A stretch of DNA of 63,794 nucleotides from an uncultured Acidaminococcales bacterium (GCA_964551985.1 CAZKFG010000004.1:1-63794), one strand, 5' to 3'; positions 44,038-53,760 are shown, numbered from the stretch's first letter. The notes: a model not told the origin generated them from the sequence alone. Made by a program: numbers and translations.

Positions 44038-44066
44038 TTGCTTTATTCAACAATATTATATAAAAT
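44038..44066 (+). promoter_or_regulatory. Candidate conventional promoter of the flavodiiron gene
   Basis: TTGCTT, 17-nt spacer, TAAAAT. Confidence 0.4.
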
Positions 44067-44086
44067 TATATAAAAGACAAAAAGGA

Positions 44087-45274
44087 GTGGTTAAATTGGA
44101 CAAAACACAAATAGCAAAAGGAATATACTACGTCGGTTGCAAGGATTGGAAACTACGTGATTTTCATGGTTTTGAAACACCAAATGGCGTAACATATAAT
44201 GCATATCTAATAATAGACGAAAAAACCTGCCTTATAGACACAGTAAAAAATACTCACTCATACGAATTATTAAATAGAATAAAAGAAATAATTCCAGTAG
44301 AGAAAATCGACTATGTTGTATTAAACCACGTAGAAAATGACCATGCAAGCTCATTACCCTATATAATGGATGCCATAGGCAAAGATAAACCAGTTTATAT
44401 TACTGCCCAAGGCTCACGCGAAGCCCAAAAACTTTATGGCGATTATAATTACCAAATAGTAAAAGACGGCGACACACTAAGCCTAGGCGAAAACACCATG
44501 CAATTTGTGCCATTACCAATGCTGCACTGGCCAGACTCCATGGCGACCTACGCCATCGAAAAACAAATTTTATTTTCAAACGATGCTTTAGGACAACACT
44601 TATGCTCAAGTAACATAATGGATAAAGATAACGACATAAATATAGTAATGCAAGAAGCCCAAAAATATTACGCTAATATACTACTTCCATATAGCAAACT
44701 TATAAACCCTGCACTAGATAAAATAAAAACTCTGCCAATTAAAATGATATGCCCAAGCCATGGTGTAATCTGGCAAAAATACATTAACGAAATATGCGAA
44801 AAATACTCAAATTGGGGAAATTATATCACTAAAGACAAAATACTTGTCATCTATGACAGCATGTGGGGTGCTACAGAATGTATGGCAAAAGCCATCTTCG
44901 AGGGAGTATGCAAAACAGGTGTAGAAGCTAAACTGCACAAACTAGGAACAGTGCACAACAGCCAATTGTTATCAGACATGCTAGAAGCCTCAGGCGTTAT
45001 TTTCGGCTCACCGACACTAAACTACGGCATGATGCCGATGATGGGCTCTTTGCTAATATATCTTAAAGGACTAAAGCCAAAAGACAAACTAGCGGCGACT
45101 TTCGGTGCATATGGCTGGAGTGGCGGCGCGCAAAAAGATATGGAAGAACTGTTGCAAAAAGCTACAATGCAAGTGCAAGAAGGGATAACAATTAACTGGA
45201 CAGCGACACAAGAAGAATTTGCAAAATGTGAGCAATTTGGTTTTGACTTTGCCAATCGCGCTTGCAAAAAATAA
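44087..45274 (+). CDS. Flavodiiron protein (MBL-like diiron domain + flavodoxin domain)
   Basis: NAYLI, LNHVENDHASS (HxExDH), PSHGVIW, then flavodoxin VIYDSMWGATE..FGSPTLN. TTG 44096 is the better-spaced start after GGAG. Confidence 0.85.
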   Translation: MVKLDKTQIAKGIYYVGCKDWKLRDFHGFETPNGVTYNAYLIIDEKTCLIDTVKNTHSYELLNRIKEIIPVEKIDYVVLNHVENDHASSLPYIMDAIGKDKPVYITAQGSREAQKLYGDYNYQIVKDGDTLSLGENTMQFVPLPMLHWPDSMATYAIEKQILFSNDALGQHLCSSNIMDKDNDINIVMQEAQKYYANILLPYSKLINPALDKIKTLPIKMICPSHGVIWQKYINEICEKYSNWGNYITKDKILVIYDSMWGATECMAKAIFEGVCKTGVEAKLHKLGTVHNSQLLSDMLEASGVIFGSPTLNYGMMPMMGSLLIYLKGLKPKDKLAATFGAYGWSGGAQKDMEELLQKATMQVQEGITINWTATQEEFAKCEQFGFDFANRACKK

Positions 45275-45276
45275 AC

Positions 45277-45320
45277 AAAAAACTAGCAGCCAGCTTATAT
45301 ATGCTGAATGCTAGTTTTTG
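45277..45320 (+). terminator. Terminator after the flavodiiron gene
   Basis: aaaaactagca..(inner cagc/gctg)..tgctagttttt. Confidence 0.7.
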
Positions 45321-45563
45321 TCATAATGAAAAGCGTGCTATATTATTTGCGTTACAAGTTTTTATATATTAATCATAAGTTGTGCATTATCGGCAAAACT
45401 AGATTATTTTCCTGCAAAATCTTGACAAAATTTATTGCTATTTTTCGCTATTGTTTTGCATTCTTGGTTGTAGTATTCTTGTCGAAACTCTCAGGTTTTT
45501 TCGTAAAGGGTATTTAATATTGCTAACATGATTTATATTTTTTATGCAAGAGGGGTTTTTTAT

Positions 45564-46691
45564 TTAATCAAGTCGCTTTTTGAATTTTAGTACGCTTATT
45601 GTCAGTGCTATTATGCTAAAGGCAGACAAAGCGAGAATTGGTGTCCACAGGTATTCTATTGTGTTACCTTTTAAAATAATACCTCTTATTATCTCTAAAT
45701 AAAAGGTTATGGGGACAAAGTAGCCGAGGTAGTAAAAAAGTTTTGGCATTGCTTCACGGGGAAACATAAAACCTGATAGTAGTATGCTAGGGAGTATTAG
45801 CGAATATGATAGTAGTATGCCTTGAGTTTGGGTTTTGGCGATGTTAGAGACGAGTAGCCCCAACGATAGCGATGCGACTATAAATAGTCCTGTTAGGGCA
45901 TAGAGTAGAGATATGCTACCAAGAAATGGAATTTGAAAGATTAGTTTGGCGTTTATCAGTAAAACTGTTAGCTGTACATAGCCCATTAGTATGTAGGGTA
46001 TTATTTTACCGAGCATTAGTTCGTAGGGTTTTAGTGGTGTTACTAGTAGCTGTTCTAGCGTTCCGCGTTCTCGTTCTCTTATTATGGCAAGTGATGTTAT
46101 TAGCAGCATTGTCAGGGTTATGATAATAGCACAGATTGCTGGGACCATGTAAAATGATGTTATAAAGTCTGGGTTGTACCATGGTCTTATTCTCATATCT
46201 AAAATGTTTTTGTTTATTTGTGCTACAGTGCCAGTGGCTTGTAGTTTTTTGATTAGTATTTCTTGGGATTTTTGCTGACCGACTAGTTGGGCGGTACTTA
46301 TTGCCGATGAACTGGACATTGAGTCTGTGGCATCAACGATTATTTGGACTTGAGTGCCGGTAGTTTTCAACTTTTTGGCGTAGTCTGGGGGGATTATTAT
46401 ACCGACTTTGGCACTGCCTTTTTGTATGAGGGTGGTTACTTCTTGGAAGCTGTTTGCTGAGTATTTGATGTCATAATATTCTGTTGCGGTAAATGATTGG
46501 AGTAGTTCTCGGCTTTCTTGACTTAGTGATTGGTCAAAGACTGCGGCAGGAAGGTGTTTGACGTCAGTGTTTATGGCAAAACCAAAAATGAGTATTTGAA
46601 AAAGCGGCATTAGAACCATAAGGCCGATTGTTGCTTTATCACGGCTCATTTGGATAAATTCTTTTTTTATTATAGCAAGAAGGCGACTCAT
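45564..46691 (-). CDS. ABC-2 type exporter permease (YbhS/YbhR/YhhJ-like)
   Basis: N-terminal TM, a ~150 aa extracytoplasmic loop and five C-terminal TM helices. 375 aa. Confidence 0.8.
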   Translation of the reverse strand: MSRLLAIIKKEFIQMSRDKATIGLMVLMPLFQILIFGFAINTDVKHLPAAVFDQSLSQESRELLQSFTATEYYDIKYSANSFQEVTTLIQKGSAKVGIIIPPDYAKKLKTTGTQVQIIVDATDSMSSSSAISTAQLVGQQKSQEILIKKLQATGTVAQINKNILDMRIRPWYNPDFITSFYMVPAICAIIITLTMLLITSLAIIRERERGTLEQLLVTPLKPYELMLGKIIPYILMGYVQLTVLLINAKLIFQIPFLGSISLLYALTGLFIVASLSLGLLVSNIAKTQTQGILLSYSLILPSILLSGFMFPREAMPKLFYYLGYFVPITFYLEIIRGIILKGNTIEYLWTPILALSAFSIIALTISVLKFKKRLD

Positions 46692-46693
46692 TT

Positions 46694-47623
46694 TTACTGC
46701 TCCTTTGACTGATTGTTTTGCCGAGCGGTTTTTACTAGGTAGACAAATACATCTTCTAGTGATGGTGTGATTTGTTGTGGTGAAAAGAAAGCTATTTTTT
46801 CGATATTGTCTTTTGTTCGCACATGTACACTTTGACCGTATATGTAAGCATCTAGTATTTCTATGGAATAATTTTTTAGCTGTTCTATTGTGTCTACGGG
46901 ATTTTGTGATGGTAGTTTGTATAACGTACCTGGTAGTAGTTGTTTTAGCTTTTGAGGCGAATCGTTGGCAACTAGTTTACCTTCATTGATAAAAGCGATG
47001 CTATCGCAGTGTTCGGCTTCGTCTAGAAAGTGTGTTGTGACTAGAATTGTTGTGCCACAAGCAGCAAATTTGTATATTAGTTGCCAAAAAAGTCGTCTAG
47101 TATTTGGGTCGGCACCGCTTGTTGCCTCATCTAAAAATAAAAGCTGTGGATTGTGCAATATTGCACAGCCTAAAGCTAATTTTTGTCGCCAACCTCCAGA
47201 GAGGGTATCTACCATTATATTTGTTTTATCTTTAAGAGCGGTTATTTCAAGGACTTCTTTTATACGTTCTTGCTTTTGTAAACCTTCTAGAGCGTATAAT
47301 CCGGAATAAAAATCTAGGTTTTCATAAACTGTAAGGTCGCTATAAAGACTGAATTTTTGCGACATATAACCTATGCGTTGTTTTATTTGTTCGCTATTTG
47401 TAAGTATGTCAAAACCGAGTACTTGTCCTGTACCGCTAGTTGGGGACAGCAAGCCTGCAAGCATACGGATGGTTGTTGATTTACCTGCTCCGTTTGGACC
47501 TAAAAATCCATATACGCCGCCTTTATGAAGCTGCATTGAGATGTTGTCGACGGCGGTGAAAGTACCAAACTTTTTGCTTAAATTATCTATCTTTATGGCT
47601 AGAGTATTATCCATATCATACAT
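46694..47623 (-). CDS. ABC transporter ATP-binding protein (second NBD gene)
   Basis: GPNGAGKST, LSGGWRQKLAL and LLFLDEATSGADP motifs. Confidence 0.88.
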   Translation of the reverse strand: MYDMDNTLAIKIDNLSKKFGTFTAVDNISMQLHKGGVYGFLGPNGAGKSTTIRMLAGLLSPTSGTGQVLGFDILTNSEQIKQRIGYMSQKFSLYSDLTVYENLDFYSGLYALEGLQKQERIKEVLEITALKDKTNIMVDTLSGGWRQKLALGCAILHNPQLLFLDEATSGADPNTRRLFWQLIYKFAACGTTILVTTHFLDEAEHCDSIAFINEGKLVANDSPQKLKQLLPGTLYKLPSQNPVDTIEQLKNYSIEILDAYIYGQSVHVRTKDNIEKIAFFSPQQITPSLEDVFVYLVKTARQNNQSKEQ

Positions 47624-48521
47624 CCGTTTGCTCTGTTAATAGACTAAACAGATCTTCTAGCGTCGGTTCGAGTGGGAAAATTTCGTAATCTGTTATGCCT
47701 GCTAAAGCTAGATTTTCTTTTAATAATGGCATTTGGATAGGCTCTTTTATTAGGACGCATAAGTCTTGACCTTTGAGATATATGTTTAGCATTGGATTTT
47801 GTGATAGTTTATCGAATATTTGTCGCAGATTTGGTGCTTTAATAGAAAAAAGTTTGTAGGGATAATTTTGCAAAAGCTCGTTTGGTGAACCTGTAACTTG
47901 GATTTGTCCTTGATAGAAAAAAGCTATTTTGCTACATAGTTCTACTTCGTCCATGTAAGGTGTGCAAAGAAGAAGTGTCATTTCTTGTTGGTTTAATTTG
48001 TATAGCGCTTGCCAAAATTCACGGCGAGAGACTGGGTCAACGCCTGTTGTTGGCTCGTCTAGTATTAATAGCTCTGGTTTGTGCATTATGCTGCAAACGA
48101 GAGCTAATTTTTGTTTCATACCGCCAGAGAGGTTGCCTGCAAGGCGGTCTTTAAATTTGTCTAACCAAAGCATTTTTAATAACTCATCGCCTCTTTCGGC
48201 AATCGCTTGTTCGGACATACTTTGTAGCTTAGCAAAAACGCAGATATTTTCCCATACTGTCATATCAGTATTTAAGCTAAATTGTTGTGGCACATAGCCA
48301 ATTTTATTTTTACAATTTTGTAAATCGCTACTTCCAAATAACAGAATTTGCCCGTTGTCAATCTTATATAGATCTAATAAGCAACGAAGAAAGGTCGTTT
48401 TACCAGCGCCGTCAGGACCTACAATGCCAAAAATATCACCTTTGTTAACTGTAAGGTTTATGTTGTCTAAAATTATTGTTTTGTTAAAGGATTTTTGTAT
48501 GTTTGTTGTTTGGACAATCAT
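47616..48521 (-). CDS. ABC transporter ATP-binding protein (first NBD gene)
   Basis: GPDGAGKTT, LSGGMKQKLAL and LLILDEPTTGVDP motifs. Confidence 0.88.
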   Translation of the reverse strand: MIVQTTNIQKSFNKTIILDNINLTVNKGDIFGIVGPDGAGKTTFLRCLLDLYKIDNGQILLFGSSDLQNCKNKIGYVPQQFSLNTDMTVWENICVFAKLQSMSEQAIAERGDELLKMLWLDKFKDRLAGNLSGGMKQKLALVCSIMHKPELLILDEPTTGVDPVSRREFWQALYKLNQQEMTLLLCTPYMDEVELCSKIAFFYQGQIQVTGSPNELLQNYPYKLFSIKAPNLRQIFDKLSQNPMLNIYLKGQDLCVLIKEPIQMPLLKENLALAGITDYEIFPLEPTLEDLFSLLTEQTDV

Positions 48522-49495
48522 TGTAATATTACCTCGGCAGGCATACCTGGTTTGAAAATTTCTTCTTTGTTATCTAAAGCAATTTTTACTGCAAAAACTA
48601 GGTTGGCACGTTCGTCTTTAGTTATTGTTTGACGTGGTGTAAACTCTGCTTGAGTAGCAATTTCTTTTACATGACCCTCAAAAGTTTTATTTGGATAAGA
48701 GTCGATTTTAACTATTGCTTTTTGTGCGAATTTTACCCGACCTAAATCTGTAGATGGAATATATATTTTGACCCAGCAATCTGACAAATCACCGATTGTG
48801 GCAATTGGTGCTCCAGGCAATATAAATTCCCCTTGTTGGTAGTTTTTACTTAGAATACGTCCGTTTAAAGGTGCTTTTAAGTCTGTATATTCAAGATTTG
48901 CTTTTGCTTCTTTGCTTGCGTAATCAAGTTGTTCGACCAGATGCTTTTGGGCTTTAATTTGGTCTACTCTCGTACCCTCAACAGCTAATTGATATTGAGC
49001 TTTTGCTTGGCTGTACAGACCTGTGTTATTTGTCATTATCAATCTATAATTGTCAAGTTCTTGTGAGGAGATGGCACCTTGCTTGTAAAGTTGCTCAAAA
49101 CGATTGTATTCTAAAACTGCTTTGTCCATAGCTTTTTTACTAGATTGCATAAGCGCATACTGTGCATCAAGCTCTGCTTGCCTTGAACCGGAATTTAAAT
49201 CATCAAGCTTTGCTATAGCACTTTGATATGCTTGAACTGCTTGCATATATTTTAATTGGTAGTCTGTTTTGTCTATTTGTGCAATTATTTTGTTAGCCTC
49301 TACTTGATTACCTTCGATAAAATCGCATTTGACTAAATAGCCGCTGACTTTACTTGTTAGATTAGCTTGAGTTATCTCTATCATACCTGTGGCAGTTATT
49401 TTATCATTTTTAGGATGTAGATAATTATAAGCAAAAAAACTTGCTGCTACTAGTATTACAACTGTCAAAATAGCTATTTTATATTTCCTGTTCAT
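48518..49495 (-). CDS. HlyD-family membrane-fusion/periplasmic adaptor protein (YbhG-like)
   Basis: N-terminal TM, barrel-sandwich plus a long alpha-hairpin (AQYQLAVEG..), and a C-terminal ..PGMPAEV motif. Confidence 0.82.
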   Translation of the reverse strand: MNRKYKIAILTVVILVAASFFAYNYLHPKNDKITATGMIEITQANLTSKVSGYLVKCDFIEGNQVEANKIIAQIDKTDYQLKYMQAVQAYQSAIAKLDDLNSGSRQAELDAQYALMQSSKKAMDKAVLEYNRFEQLYKQGAISSQELDNYRLIMTNNTGLYSQAKAQYQLAVEGTRVDQIKAQKHLVEQLDYASKEAKANLEYTDLKAPLNGRILSKNYQQGEFILPGAPIATIGDLSDCWVKIYIPSTDLGRVKFAQKAIVKIDSYPNKTFEGHVKEIATQAEFTPRQTITKDERANLVFAVKIALDNKEEIFKPGMPAEVILQ

Positions 49496-49819
49496 AATTT
49501 AGCCTCCAATTATAGTGTGAAGATAATTTTATTATTAATAGTATTGTAACAAAAATAGTTAAAATTGTTTAGCAAAATGTTTTGCCACAAAAATGTTATA
49601 TGCAAAATTTAACATTGAAAACATAGTGTTTTTATATGTAAATACTTAAAAAGCTTAAATAAGTAAATTTTTTGTTGTGAAATATTCAAAAAAATTAAAA
49701 AATAATTGTACATTTACACAATGAAAGAAAGCGAATTAGTTGTTAAAATTAAAACAATAAACAATGTAAAAGGAGGGCAGTAGCTTTAATTTTTAACTGA
49801 TTTTGAGGAGGATTAGAAA

Positions 49820-51133
49820 ATGCAGGCTTTTACAAGAATATGTTTGAAAGTAGTACAGTCTTATTTGCCGGACGCATATATTTTAGCTGTTTTATTAACT
49901 TTCGTAACTTTTTTCGCTGGTATGGGTATAGCAGGAAAAAGTGTAACAGACATGGTTCAATATTGGGGTAAGGGTTATTCGTCATTATTTGTTTTTGGAA
50001 TGCAAATGGCATTGGTGCTTTTAACTGGTTATGTTTTAGCACTAAGCCCTATTGTTAAAAAATTAATGAATAAAATAACAGACATTCCTAAAAATCCTAG
50101 CCAAGCACTAGGCATTACGGCAGCGGTTTCTTTGGGTGCTTGTTATTTTAACTGGGGCTTTGGAATGGTTATTGGTGCTATTTTGGCCAGAGAAATGGGT
50201 AAAAAAGTTAAAGGATTGCACTTCCCGCTACTTGTTGCTGCCGCTTATGGTGGCGAGATTATGCGTGGACCATCATCGTCAATTCCTTTGGTTGCTGCAA
50301 CTAAAGGGAATTTTATGGAAAAAATTGTCAGTGTTGTTCCTGTTACGCAAACGCTTTATTCTTGGTGGAACATAGCTATTTCGTTACTATTGTTTGTACT
50401 AATTTTTTTAGTATATTTAAAAATGAAACCTCCAGGCGAAATTGTAGAATTTAAACCTGAAGTAGTGACAAAAGAAGAAAAAGAACGTCCTTGGTCAGAT
50501 ATGTCTTTTGCAGAAAAGTTAGAGCATTCTTGGTGGATAAACGGTTTGTTTGCAATGCTTCCACTAACTTATCTGTTTTTAAATATGAAAAGCTTAGGCT
50601 TTGACTTGAATTTAAATCTTGTAATTTTGATTTTTTTAACATGTGGACTATTCTTGCACTCGCATCCAACATCTTATTTAGCAGCGGTAAAAGAGGCCAT
50701 TGTATCTAGTCGTGGGATTATTTTGCAATTTCCGCTATATGCCGGTATTTCGGGTATGATGATGTCATCTGGGCTTGTTGATATTATTTCAAAATGGTTT
50801 GTAGCTGTTTCAACACCAGCGACTTTCCCGGCGATGACCTTTTTATCTGCTGGCTTTGTAAACATCTTTATCCCTTCTGGTGGTGGGCAATGGGCTATAC
50901 AAGGTCCAATAATTATAAAAGCAGCTCAAACTTTAGGCGCGGATATTCCTCAAACAATAATGGCTTTTGCATGGGGCGATGGCTGGACAAACCAAATACA
51001 ACCATTTTGGGCGTTGCCACTGCTTGGTGTTGCTGGACTGTCAGCAAGAGATATAATGGGTTATTGCGTTGTTTGGACATTAGTTTCTGGTGCTGCTATT
51101 ATGTCGGTATTTTTACTATTGAACTTTATGTAA
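49820..51133 (+). CDS. atoE: Short-chain fatty acid transporter (AtoE family)
   Basis: 437 aa polytopic protein. N-terminus ..YLPDAYILAVLLT.. and GDGWTNQIQPFWALP as remembered for AtoE. Sits upstream of the CoA-transferase genes. Confidence 0.72.
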   Translation: MQAFTRICLKVVQSYLPDAYILAVLLTFVTFFAGMGIAGKSVTDMVQYWGKGYSSLFVFGMQMALVLLTGYVLALSPIVKKLMNKITDIPKNPSQALGITAAVSLGACYFNWGFGMVIGAILAREMGKKVKGLHFPLLVAAAYGGEIMRGPSSSIPLVAATKGNFMEKIVSVVPVTQTLYSWWNIAISLLLFVLIFLVYLKMKPPGEIVEFKPEVVTKEEKERPWSDMSFAEKLEHSWWINGLFAMLPLTYLFLNMKSLGFDLNLNLVILIFLTCGLFLHSHPTSYLAAVKEAIVSSRGIILQFPLYAGISGMMMSSGLVDIISKWFVAVSTPATFPAMTFLSAGFVNIFIPSGGGQWAIQGPIIIKAAQTLGADIPQTIMAFAWGDGWTNQIQPFWALPLLGVAGLSARDIMGYCVVWTLVSGAAIMSVFLLLNFM

Positions 51134-51159
51134 ATAAAGTTTACTAATTGGGGGTGAAA

Positions 51160-51831
51160 ATGTTGGTAGAGTTTTTGACAGCAAAAAAGGCTGTAGAAAA
51201 ACTATTTAATGGAGCGACTGTCATGATAGGTGGCTTTGGCAATGTTGGCAATCCGAAATCTATTATTGAAGTTGTTGCAGATAGTGACATTTATGATTTA
51301 ACCGTTATTGCAAATGACCTTGGTACACCTAATGTTGGACTTGGTCGTTGGGTTAGGCAAAAGAAGATAAAAAAAGCTATCGGTTCATATTTTACGTATA
51401 ATCCCGAAGTGGCTCAACAATATCGCGAAGGCAATATAGATTTGCAATTAATGGCACAAGGCACTTATGCTGAAGCGATTAGAGCTGGTGGCAGTGGGAT
51501 TGGTGGCTTTTATACTAAAATTGGTATTGGTACAGAAGTCGCAGAAGGTCTTGAAACTAGAAAGCTCGATGGAGAAGATTATTTATTTATAAGACCGCTG
51601 AAAGCTGATTTTGCTATATTACATGCTGAAAAAGCTGATACTTTAGGTAATCTTGTTTATGATGCAACAGCGAGAAACTTTAATCCGATAATGGCTATGG
51701 CGGCAAAATACACTATTGTTGAAGTAGAAGAGGTTGTCGAGGCAGGAGAAATATCTCCTGAAGAGGTTGTTACTCCTTTTATTTTTGTTGATGCGATTGT
51801 AAGGCTAGACAATAAGGGGGGAGAAAAATGA
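51160..51831 (+). CDS. atoD: 3-oxoacid/acetate CoA-transferase subunit A
   Basis: ATVMIGGFG..G.P and GTYAEAIRAGGSGIGGFYT motifs. ATG 51160 follows GGGGGTG. Confidence 0.88.
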   Translation: MLVEFLTAKKAVEKLFNGATVMIGGFGNVGNPKSIIEVVADSDIYDLTVIANDLGTPNVGLGRWVRQKKIKKAIGSYFTYNPEVAQQYREGNIDLQLMAQGTYAEAIRAGGSGIGGFYTKIGIGTEVAEGLETRKLDGEDYLFIRPLKADFAILHAEKADTLGNLVYDATARNFNPIMAMAAKYTIVEVEEVVEAGEISPEEVVTPFIFVDAIVRLDNKGGEK

Positions 51832-52511
51832 TTAGCTTGACCGAAGATCAAGTAAAAGAGCGTATTGCTAGACGAGTAGCCGAAGAGTTGCCTGATAATG
51901 GTATTGTAAATTTGGGTGTTGGCATTCCCACTTTAGCCGTTGATTATTTATCTAAAGAGAAAAAAATATATATTCAAACGGAAAACGGAATGCTTGGCGT
52001 TGGACCTACTCCTAAAAATGAAGATATTAATCCTAATCTCATTAACGCTAGTAGAAAACATATAAGCCCAATTCCGGGAGCTAGTTACTTTGATGCAGCA
52101 ACATCTTTTGCAATGATTCGTTGCGGAAGACTTGATGCAACAGTGATTGGAGCGCTTGAGATAAGTGAAAATGGTGATTTAGCAAACTGGCGTATACCGG
52201 GTAAAGATATATTAGGTCCCGGTGGAGCAATGGATTTAGTTGCGGGCGTGAAAAAGGTAATCGTAGCGACCCAACACACTAATCGCGATGGCAGAGCTAA
52301 AATAGTACCTAAATGTAAATTGCCGCTTACAGCGATAAACGCAGTAGATTATATTATCACTGAATTTGCAGTGTTTAAGTTTGAAAAAGAGGGAACTAGT
52401 CGCAAAATGTTTCTAATAGAACATACAAGTGATGTTACATTAGAAGACATTGCAAATATTACTTCGGCAAAATATGAAGTTTTGCCAAAACTTATTATAA
52501 GAGGGGTGTAA
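51828..52511 (+). CDS. atoA: 3-oxoacid/acetate CoA-transferase subunit B
   Basis: VNLGVGIPT, ENGMLG (catalytic Glu region) and GGAMDLV motifs. Confidence 0.88.
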   Translation: MISLTEDQVKERIARRVAEELPDNGIVNLGVGIPTLAVDYLSKEKKIYIQTENGMLGVGPTPKNEDINPNLINASRKHISPIPGASYFDAATSFAMIRCGRLDATVIGALEISENGDLANWRIPGKDILGPGGAMDLVAGVKKVIVATQHTNRDGRAKIVPKCKLPLTAINAVDYIITEFAVFKFEKEGTSRKMFLIEHTSDVTLEDIANITSAKYEVLPKLIIRGV

Positions 52512-52516
52512 TTATT

Positions 52517-53713
52517 ATGAGGGAAGTTGTTATAGTCGACGGAATAAGGACTGCTATTGGTAAGATGGGCGGAGCTATTAAAAGTATTCAGCCAGAACAT
52601 TTATCTGCACTTGTTATGAATGGGCTTTTAGAAAAAACCGGTTGCAAGGCAGACGTGATCGATGAGGTTATCTGGGGTCACGCTAAACAAAGCAGTGATC
52701 AACCAAACATTGCAAGATTGGCGAGTTTGATAGCAGGGCTGCCAATAGAGATTGCAGCCTATACAATACATAAACAATGTGGTTCTAGTTTGCAAGCTAC
52801 AATGAGTGGCGCTCAAGCTATTGCTTGTGGAGACGCGGATGTTATTTTAGCAGGTGGCGTAGAGAGTATGAGTACAGCACAATACTATCTAAGAAGTGCT
52901 CGCTATGGCTACAATGTTGGAAATGGAGTGATTGTAGATCCTAATACTGAAAGTCAACCTTGCTCACAACCGCAAGATGTTTATGGTAGTTTGACAATGG
53001 GTATGACAGCAGAAAACTTAGCCGAAAAATATAACATTTCCCGAGAAGAACAAGATGAATTTGCACTTGAAAGTCAAATAAAAGCAGATAGAGCAATCAA
53101 GCAAGGCGAATTTAAAGATGAAATAATCCCAGTGCCTGTAAAAAAAGGTAAAGAGACCATAATGTTTGATACCGACGAACATCCAAAACTAACTTCATTA
53201 GAAAAACTTGCAGCTCTAAAAGCTGTATTTAAAAAAGGTGGTAGTGTTACAGCGGGTAACGCTTCTGGTAGAAATGATGGAGCATCAGCAGTACTTTTGT
53301 GTTCTGCTGATAAAGCAAAAGAGCTTGGTTTAAAACCAAAAGCACGTATATTAGCACAAGGTACAGCAGGGGTATCACCAGAAATAATGGGTATAGGTCC
53401 AGTACCGGCAGTTAGAAAAGCACTTAAAAAAGCAAATCTTACATTAGATGATATAGGTCTTATTGAACTAAATGAAGCTTTTGCTGCTCAATCACTTGCA
53501 GTAATAAAAGAACTCGGACTTGAAAATAGAAAAGATATAATAAACGTAAATGGCGGAGCTATTGCGCTAGGGCACCCAATTGGAAACTCTGGAGCGAGAA
53601 TTTTGGTAACACTTATACATGCAATGCAAAAACGTAATGTTCGCTATGGCATAGCAACTTTATGTATTGCCGGTGGTCTTGGCGTTGCTGTTGTTGTAGA
53701 ATTATGTAACTAG
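52517..53713 (+). CDS. Acetyl-CoA C-acetyltransferase (thiolase II)
   Basis: VIVDGIRTAIGK, QCGSSLQA (catalytic Cys), NGGAIALGHPIG and CIAGGLG motifs. Confidence 0.92.
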   Translation: MREVVIVDGIRTAIGKMGGAIKSIQPEHLSALVMNGLLEKTGCKADVIDEVIWGHAKQSSDQPNIARLASLIAGLPIEIAAYTIHKQCGSSLQATMSGAQAIACGDADVILAGGVESMSTAQYYLRSARYGYNVGNGVIVDPNTESQPCSQPQDVYGSLTMGMTAENLAEKYNISREEQDEFALESQIKADRAIKQGEFKDEIIPVPVKKGKETIMFDTDEHPKLTSLEKLAALKAVFKKGGSVTAGNASGRNDGASAVLLCSADKAKELGLKPKARILAQGTAGVSPEIMGIGPVPAVRKALKKANLTLDDIGLIELNEAFAAQSLAVIKELGLENRKDIINVNGGAIALGHPIGNSGARILVTLIHAMQKRNVRYGIATLCIAGGLGVAVVVELCN

Positions 53714-53722
53714 TAAAAGCAA

Positions 53723-53760
53723 AAATAGGACTTTGGGCAACCAGAGTCCTATTTATTTTT
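53723..53760 (+). terminator. Terminator after the thiolase gene
   Basis: aaataggactttgg-gcaa-ccagagtcctattt followed by tattttt. Confidence 0.75.

Noticed and set aside
45308-45517. 69-aa plus-strand ORF in the fprA / ABC-2 intergenic region
   Set aside because: It has no RBS, starts inside the fprA terminator, and has a low-complexity F/L/I/K-rich sequence. It is probably non-coding.
45926-48555. Several plus-strand ORFs (45926, 46777, 46965, 47960, 47962, 48355)
   Set aside because: All are antisense to the ABC permease and ATPase genes, which carry canonical Walker and signature motifs.
49676-49690. CRP/FNR-like half-site TGTGA..
   Set aside because: The second half-site (TCACA) is absent at the required 6-nt spacing.
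50136-51147. Alternative-frame plus-strand ORFs (50136-50375, 50794-51147) and minus-strand ORFs within atoE
   Set aside because: They are out of frame with a continuous 437-aa polytopic transporter, and none has an RBS.
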